Source: an uncultured Clostridia bacterium
GTDB lineage: Bacteria > Bacillota_I > Bacilli_A > RF39 > UBA660
Length of the DNA: 64,000 nucleotides
Direction: 5' to 3'
NCBI GenBank assembly: GCA_947643225.1
Contig: CANRVH010000002.1
Coordinates: forward strand, 9,628-73,627
A program made the position numbers and the translations under genes. The notes below the pieces were generated by a model. It was not told the origin of the DNA, searched no databases, and saw only the letters and a list, made by a program, of their open reading frames with translations. This document shows, piece by piece, positions 58,509 through 64,000 of this stretch (position 1 is the stretch's first letter; each line of letters starts with the position of its first letter).

Positions 58509-60537
58509 ACTTTCTTTAAAAAACATTACCAAAAGTATTAAAGACTATGCCATCTACTTTTTTACCTTAATACTTGGAGTAGCAATATTTTATGTTTTTA
58601 ATGCTTTAGACTCCCAAACAGTAATGATGAATGTTTCTAAATCCACCTACGATATTATTAAATTAATGAATAATATGTTAGCAGGAGTCAGTGTATTTGT
58701 CTCTTTCATATTAGGATTTTTAATTATCTATGCAAGTAGATTTCTAATCAAAAGAAGAAATAAAGAATTTGGAATTTATTTAACCTTAGGAATGAGTCGA
58801 AGAAAAATATCTATAATTTTATTTATTGAGACCCTAGTAATAGGAATATTTTCATTAATTGTAGGTCTTGGAATAGGATTCATCTTATCGCAATTTATGA
58901 GTATATTAGTCGCAAATATGTTTGAGGCTGACATTACAAATTTTAAATTTATCTTTTCAACAAGTGCTTGTATTAAATGTCTAATTTATTTTGGAATCAT
59001 GTATTTACTTGTTATGATCTTTAATACGATTAGTGTTAGTAAATGTAAATTAATTGACTTATTATACTCTAATAAAAAATCTGAAAAAATAAAATTGAAA
59101 AATCCACTTTTATGCACGATTATTTTTATAATATTTGCAACTATTCTAGGAATCGCTTACTATTTAGTAACAGGTGGAGTAGATAAATTGCAAAGTGCTA
59201 GTCAAATATTGCTTCCTATGGTTATGGGAGTAGTATCTACTTTCTTTATTTTTTGGTCACTCTCAGGCTTACTTCTTAGAATATTTACTAGTATGAAAAA
59301 GACTTACTATAAAGGGTTAAACAGCTTCACGCTAAGACAATTTAGTAGTAAAATTAATACTACTGTCTTTTCAATGACAATCATTTGTTTAATGCTATTT
59401 GTTACAATTTGCGTTCTTTCATCTTCTTTATCCATTAAAAATTCTATGACTAAAAACCTAGAAGAGTTAGCACCTGTAGACATACAATTGACCAAAATAA
59501 TAGCACCGGACATAGAAAATAAAGAGATTGTTATTGATTACGATTTATCAATAAAAGAAACTTTAGAAAAAAATCATTTTGATACAAAAAATAATCTAAA
59601 AGATTTAATTGAATTTAATATTTACGAAGAAGATAATTTGACTTTAGGAAATACATTAGGAGAAAGTTTTTCAAAAATTTACGCTAAATATAAAAATTTA
59701 CAATACGATAGTGTAGAAACAGTTATGAAAATTAGCGACTATAATAAAATTGCTAAATTATATGGAAATAAGCAATATCAATTAAAAGAAAATGAATATC
59801 TAATTATTGCCGATTTTAATAGTATGATTGAAGTGAGGGATGAGGTCTTAAAAGAAGGTCAAAAGTTAATAATAGGAGGAAAAAATTACTATCCAAAATA
59901 TAAAGAATGCCAAAATGGATTTATAGAAATTTCTTCTAATCATATTAACGATGGAATTATCTTAGTACCAGATCATGCCATAGAAAAATTAAAAGTAGGT
60001 TATAAAGGTTTAATTGCTAATTATAAAGAAAAAAGTAAAGAGAAAAGGGTAAAAATAGAAAGCGAGTTACATGAGATCATCGAAAAAATTTGGGATAATA
60101 CTAGTTTAACCACACTAAATACAAAACTTGATATAGCTGAATCGAGTATTGGATTAGGGGCTTTGGTAACTTTTATTGGTCTTTATTTAGGAATCATTTT
60201 CTTAATTAGTAGTGCAGCCATTTTAGCCTTAAAAGAGTTATCAGAAAGTAGTGATAACAAGGAAAGATTTAGAATGCTAAGAAAAATAGGGACGGATGAG
60301 AAAATGATTAATCAAGCACTATTTAGACAAATTGCCATCTTCTTTATGTTTCCTTTAGTAATAGCAATAATTCATTCCATTTTTGGAATTATGTTTTGTA
60401 ACTTCATTTTAGAAACTTTTGGGAATGACCAATTGCTTCCGTCAATTATTATGACAGCAATATTTATTATTATCATTTATGGAGGTTACTTCTTAATTAC
60501 TTATATCTGTAGCAAAAATATTATTAGAGAAAGATAA
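58495..60537 (+). CDS. ABC transporter permease, FtsX-like (BceB-type, 10 TM with large extracytoplasmic domain)
   Basis: 680 aa. 4 TM, a ~220-aa extracellular domain, then 6 TM. Overlaps the ATPase gene by 14 nt. Confidence 0.8.
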   Translation: MMLFKLSLKNITKSIKDYAIYFFTLILGVAIFYVFNALDSQTVMMNVSKSTYDIIKLMNNMLAGVSVFVSFILGFLIIYASRFLIKRRNKEFGIYLTLGMSRRKISIILFIETLVIGIFSLIVGLGIGFILSQFMSILVANMFEADITNFKFIFSTSACIKCLIYFGIMYLLVMIFNTISVSKCKLIDLLYSNKKSEKIKLKNPLLCTIIFIIFATILGIAYYLVTGGVDKLQSASQILLPMVMGVVSTFFIFWSLSGLLLRIFTSMKKTYYKGLNSFTLRQFSSKINTTVFSMTIICLMLFVTICVLSSSLSIKNSMTKNLEELAPVDIQLTKIIAPDIENKEIVIDYDLSIKETLEKNHFDTKNNLKDLIEFNIYEEDNLTLGNTLGESFSKIYAKYKNLQYDSVETVMKISDYNKIAKLYGNKQYQLKENEYLIIADFNSMIEVRDEVLKEGQKLIIGGKNYYPKYKECQNGFIEISSNHINDGIILVPDHAIEKLKVGYKGLIANYKEKSKEKRVKIESELHEIIEKIWDNTSLTTLNTKLDIAESSIGLGALVTFIGLYLGIIFLISSAAILALKELSESSDNKERFRMLRKIGTDEKMINQALFRQIAIFFMFPLVIAIIHSIFGIMFCNFILETFGNDQLLPSIIMTAIFIIIIYGGYFLITYICSKNIIRER

Positions 60538-60644
60538 AACAAGGGAGGAAACGGAAACAATAACAAAAAAATATTAGTATTAACCCTTTCTATTTATTAT
60601 TCTATTAACTATTGTTCTATTATTTAAAAAAGAAAAAGAAAGAT

Positions 60645-60675
60645 GAGGATTAGTAAAAAAAACTAATCCTTTTAT
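60645..60675 (+). terminator. intrinsic terminator after the Bce-like operon
   Basis: AGGATTAGTaaaaaaaaACTAATCCT followed by TTTTAT. Confidence 0.6.
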
Positions 60676-61150
60676 GAGAACAAACAATTTTAGTGACTTA
60701 AGCAGAGACATTTTTCTAATAATCATCTCTATATTTACATAAATATGGATTGATGGGCAAATTTAGAGTACTAATAGGTTTGCTTTTATTCTTTATTACC
60801 TAACCATTTATTGTCTAGTCTATCGTTAATCTGTAGAAGACGAAACAAAATAAGCGTCTAGAAAATGATATCATTCACCTTAATCTTTAATATTAAAAAA
60901 GATAAATATTAGATAACAGACCTAAAAAGAACTATATTTCAATGATAGTTTTTTTCTGTAATTTATCTATAGTCTTATTATCAATTAAAAATAAAATTAA
61001 TAAATCCACAATAAAATTTTAGAGGAAAGTTTGATTTTCTCTTTATCAACCTCAAAATATAAAATGTTAACAACAGTTGACAAAATTCATCACAAAGTTG
61101 GTAGATGTAAACTTAAAAAAATAGTAAAATTTTATTGAAAGGAGAAATTT

Positions 61151-61759
61151 ATGAATTTAGGAGAAAAACTATATCAACTTAGAAAAGCTAAAAATTTATC
61201 ACAAGAAGAGACAGCCGAAAAATTAAATGTTACAAGACAGACAATTTCAAAATGGGAAACGAATCAAAGCACACCAGATTTTGATAAAATTCTTCCCTTA
61301 TGCAAATTATATGAAATTTCAACAGATGAATTATTAACAGATCAAATAATTGAAAAAGACAGAATTATGGAACCAAATAACCAGAATGAAGAAAAAATAA
61401 AAAGAGCAAGAGCAGTAAGTACAAGTGTTTTTTTGTATTTCATTTCAATAATTTGGATTATCATAGCAGAATCAATAGAAGAAATAACTGAAAATCTCTT
61501 AGTAGGAATTTTTATGTTCATATGTGCCATTGCAACAGTTAATTTAATTTATCAATTTATGAGTACTTCTAATAAAATTAATCAGAAATCTAAAAAAAAA
61601 TATAAAGATATAGATAGTATAATAGCAATAACTTTTTTCCTTATCTATATGATAATAAGTTTTATAACTATGGCATGGTATATTACTTGGTTAATTTGGA
61701 TCGTATATTTATTAGTAACAAAAATTATTCACTTAATACTAGAACTAAGGGAGAAGTAA
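61151..61759 (+). CDS. XRE-family HTH protein with C-terminal transmembrane segments
   Basis: HTH LYQLRKAKNLSQEETAEKLNVTRQTISKWE, then 3-4 TM. Confidence 0.7.
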   Translation: MNLGEKLYQLRKAKNLSQEETAEKLNVTRQTISKWETNQSTPDFDKILPLCKLYEISTDELLTDQIIEKDRIMEPNNQNEEKIKRARAVSTSVFLYFISIIWIIIAESIEEITENLLVGIFMFICAIATVNLIYQFMSTSNKINQKSKKKYKDIDSIIAITFFLIYMIISFITMAWYITWLIWIVYLLVTKIIHLILELREK

Positions 61760-61760
61760 A

Positions 61761-62600
61761 ATGAAAGAGCGAAAAACAATAAATATAATTTTAATTATCT
61801 TCTTAACATTAATAGCAGGGTCAATCATGATTTTGATGTTTGCTATAATAAAGGAAAGAAAAAATTTTGTATCTTTTATTAAAGAAGAGAAGAAAAGTAT
61901 AATATTTGAAAAAACCTATAATCCTATAAATATCAAAAAATTGAAAATTAATAATAAAGTTTCTGATATCGAAATCAGAAATTCCAAAGAAAATCAAATA
62001 AAAGTAATAATATATGGAAAAGAACAAGAAAAAATAACAAGTGATTTAGAAAATAATGTCTTAAATATTACTAAAAATAGTGAAGGAAGAATTTGTTTTG
62101 GATTTTGTATTTATGAAGAAGATAAAGTTATTATTTATCTTCCGAAAGAAATAAAATTGCTTTTAGAAATACAAAATAGATCAGGAGATATGATAATAGA
62201 ACAGTTTCCCAATTTAGAATTAAATATTCATAACACTAGTGGGAATATTGAAGTAGAAAAAATAAATAAAATTAATATCAACTCAATTAGTGGAGATATC
62301 ATCTTAAATGAAGCTTCAGCAATTAAAATTAAAAATAGAAGTGGAGAAATAACTATAGATCAAATTTTAACTTTAGCTAATATAGAAACAGCAAGCGGAG
62401 ATATCGAGGTAACAAACCTTAATATGTTAGAAAATTCTAGTATGAAAGCAACATCAGGTAACATTACTATTTTAAACATAAACGATATAGCCATATTGCC
62501 TCATACTCGAAGTGGAGACATGCAAATAAAAAGGAATAATCAAAAGGCTAAACCTACATTAAATATCTATACAACAAGTGGAGATATTACAATAAAATAA
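61761..62600 (+). CDS. DUF4097 (putative adhesin / LiaG-YvlB-like beta-repeat) protein
   Basis: N-terminal TM, then repeated SGDI/SGNI/SGEI beta-strand units (TSGNIEVEK, ISGDIILNE, RSGEITIDQ, ASGDIEVTN, TSGNITILN, TSGDITIK). Coupled to the upstream HTH gene (ATGA overlap). Confidence 0.7.
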   Translation: MKERKTINIILIIFLTLIAGSIMILMFAIIKERKNFVSFIKEEKKSIIFEKTYNPINIKKLKINNKVSDIEIRNSKENQIKVIIYGKEQEKITSDLENNVLNITKNSEGRICFGFCIYEEDKVIIYLPKEIKLLLEIQNRSGDMIIEQFPNLELNIHNTSGNIEVEKINKININSISGDIILNEASAIKIKNRSGEITIDQILTLANIETASGDIEVTNLNMLENSSMKATSGNITILNINDIAILPHTRSGDMQIKRNNQKAKPTLNIYTTSGDITIK

Positions 62601-62668
62601 AAAAATAACAAAATTGCAATATTCATAAAGATAAATTTGATATATAATGAAAGAGAGTTAGGAAGTGC

Positions 62669-63241
62669 ATGATGAAAAAAGAAAAAAAACTAAAAATCAT
62701 TTTTAAAGCTATAACAGTTATAGTAACAATATTACTAATTATATTTATTATTTATGCTCTTAAATTAGGAATTTTTAAGGACCAAGAAATTTTGATTAAT
62801 TATATGAAAAAATTTGGTTTTTTCGCTCCATTATTTTTTCTTTTTTTACAAATTATTCAAGTTGTCTTTCCTGTTATCCCTGGTGGTGCAAGTTGTCTAG
62901 CAGGTGTCCTAGCTTTTGGTCCAATAATGGGATTTATTTATAATTATATCGGATTGACAATAGGATCACTTTGCGCTTTTCTTCTATCAAGAAAATGTGG
63001 TCTAAATTTAGTAAAGAAACTTTTCAAAAAAGATACAATCGATAAATATTTAAAATATATTAGAATAAATAAATTTGATCAACTTTTCTTTTGGGGGATT
63101 CTCCTTCCAGGGTTTCCAGATGACTTATTATGTTATGTTGCTGGTTTAAGTAAGATGAAATTAAAAAAGTTTACAATTATCATTTTAATAGGAAAACCAT
63201 TAGCATTAATTTTTTATAGTATTTTCATAAAATTACTTTAA
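62669..63241 (+). CDS. DedA/TVP38 (SNARE-associated) family membrane protein
   Basis: VFPVIPGGASCLAGVLAFGP and LLPGFPDDLLCYVAGLSKM motifs. Confidence 0.7.
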   Translation: MMKKEKKLKIIFKAITVIVTILLIIFIIYALKLGIFKDQEILINYMKKFGFFAPLFFLFLQIIQVVFPVIPGGASCLAGVLAFGPIMGFIYNYIGLTIGSLCAFLLSRKCGLNLVKKLFKKDTIDKYLKYIRINKFDQLFFWGILLPGFPDDLLCYVAGLSKMKLKKFTIIILIGKPLALIFYSIFIKLL

Positions 63242-63283
63242 AGTATAGATATACATGTTATAATAAAATAGAGGTGAAATAAA

Positions 63284-63961
63284 ATGAGAAATCTAAATAA
63301 AATATTATGGGGGTTAACATTTGTAGTAATAGGAGTAATAATTGGTACAAATAGTTTAGAAATAACAAATATTAACATCTTTTTTGATGGTTGGTGGACC
63401 TTATTCATTATTATTCCTTGTTTTATTGGATTATTTGATGAAAAAAAGGAGTTAATCAATCATCTAATAGGTTTATTAATAGGAGTATTATTGTTGTTAT
63501 CAACAAGAGGAATAATAGAATTTGAAGTAGTTGCAAAGTTAATTATTCCAATAATCTTTATTCTAATAGGATTAAGTATTATTTTTAATAATACAATAAA
63601 AAGTACAGTAATGAAAAAAATAAAAGAGGAAAATAAAAATGGATTAGATACGATTACTGCAACCTTTTCAGAACAAAAAATAGACAAAGATAATGAAGAA
63701 TTTCAGGGAGCTGCCTTAGATTCTGTATTCGGAAATATCGTTTTGGATTTAAGAAAGGCAAAGCTTAAGGATGAAACTGTAATCGATATTAGTGCTATAT
63801 TTGGAGGGGCTGTAATCTATGTTCCTCAAGATGCCAACGTTAAAATAAAATCAACTCCAATATTTGGAGGAGTTTCCAATCATAGTCTAAAATCAAAAGA
63901 TAATAAAAAAACAATTTATATTTCTGCTTTTTGTATGTTTGGAGGAGTTGAGATAAAATGA
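63284..63961 (+). CDS. LiaF-like cell-wall-active antibiotic response protein (DUF2154 C-terminal domain)
   Basis: 4 N-terminal TM; C-terminal ..GNIVLDLRKAKL..ISAIFGGAVIYVPQDANVKIKSTPIFGGV..FGGVEIK, a beta-repeat typical of LiaF/YvqF. Confidence 0.6.
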   Translation: MRNLNKILWGLTFVVIGVIIGTNSLEITNINIFFDGWWTLFIIIPCFIGLFDEKKELINHLIGLLIGVLLLLSTRGIIEFEVVAKLIIPIIFILIGLSIIFNNTIKSTVMKKIKEENKNGLDTITATFSEQKIDKDNEEFQGAALDSVFGNIVLDLRKAKLKDETVIDISAIFGGAVIYVPQDANVKIKSTPIFGGVSNHSLKSKDNKKTIYISAFCMFGGVEIK

Positions 63962-64000
63962 CAGGAATTCAAAAAGGAATCAAAATTTTTGCAATTTGTC

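Overview
Low-GC (~28-30% by eye) Firmicutes-type chromosome segment read with the standard genetic code: TGG Trp codons are common and long ORFs are unbroken, so this is not Mollicutes code 4. Sporulation-type markers are present (SpoIVFA/SpoIVFB-like pair, YjcZ-like peptide, L27 pro-peptide plus Prp), suggesting a spore-forming Clostridia/Bacilli/Erysipelotrichia-like organism. Most of 16.2-49.5 kb is housekeeping: rplU-prp-rpmA, obg, yebC, ruvAB, queA, tgt, pilC/pilD, secDF, relA, dtd, T-box-hisS, aspS-like, helD, Bsu-type dnaB, and 5' partial pnp at the window start. Two accessory islets lie immediately 3' of tRNA-Ala(TGC) (3.9-7.3 kb, possibly extending to 16.2 kb) and tRNA-Arg(CCT) (49.5-52.9 kb). 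Each tRNA is followed by a ~110-bp repeat module (two hairpins plus a perfectly conserved 30-nt core), and a third inverted copy sits at 51.9 kb. Next to every copy is a convergent pair: a short terminated + small-RNA-like unit and a 25-27-aa hydrophobic peptide gene, the architecture of a type I toxin-antitoxin (Fst/SprA1-like); this triplicated candidate TA family is one of two most notable signals. The islets also carry an XRE-HTH::CYTH (CyaB-like) fusion regulator. A conserved operator-like motif (ACACACTTGCATATTG core) sits in the promoter spacers of four islet genes: NUDIX, a DUF1653 pseudogene, an MTase pseudogene and the HTH-CYTH gene itself; this shared operator set is the other most notable signal. 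Several gene remnants carry in-frame stops of all three types (TGA, TAA, TAG), plus a CYTH 3' fragment. The 3' third of the window (52-64 kb) holds an uncharacterised small-protein/ABC-exporter cluster, a BceRS-BceAB-type module with a candidate operator, and an XRE/DUF4097/DedA/LiaF-like envelope-stress cluster. No CRISPR array, rRNA, integrase or intact transposase was seen.
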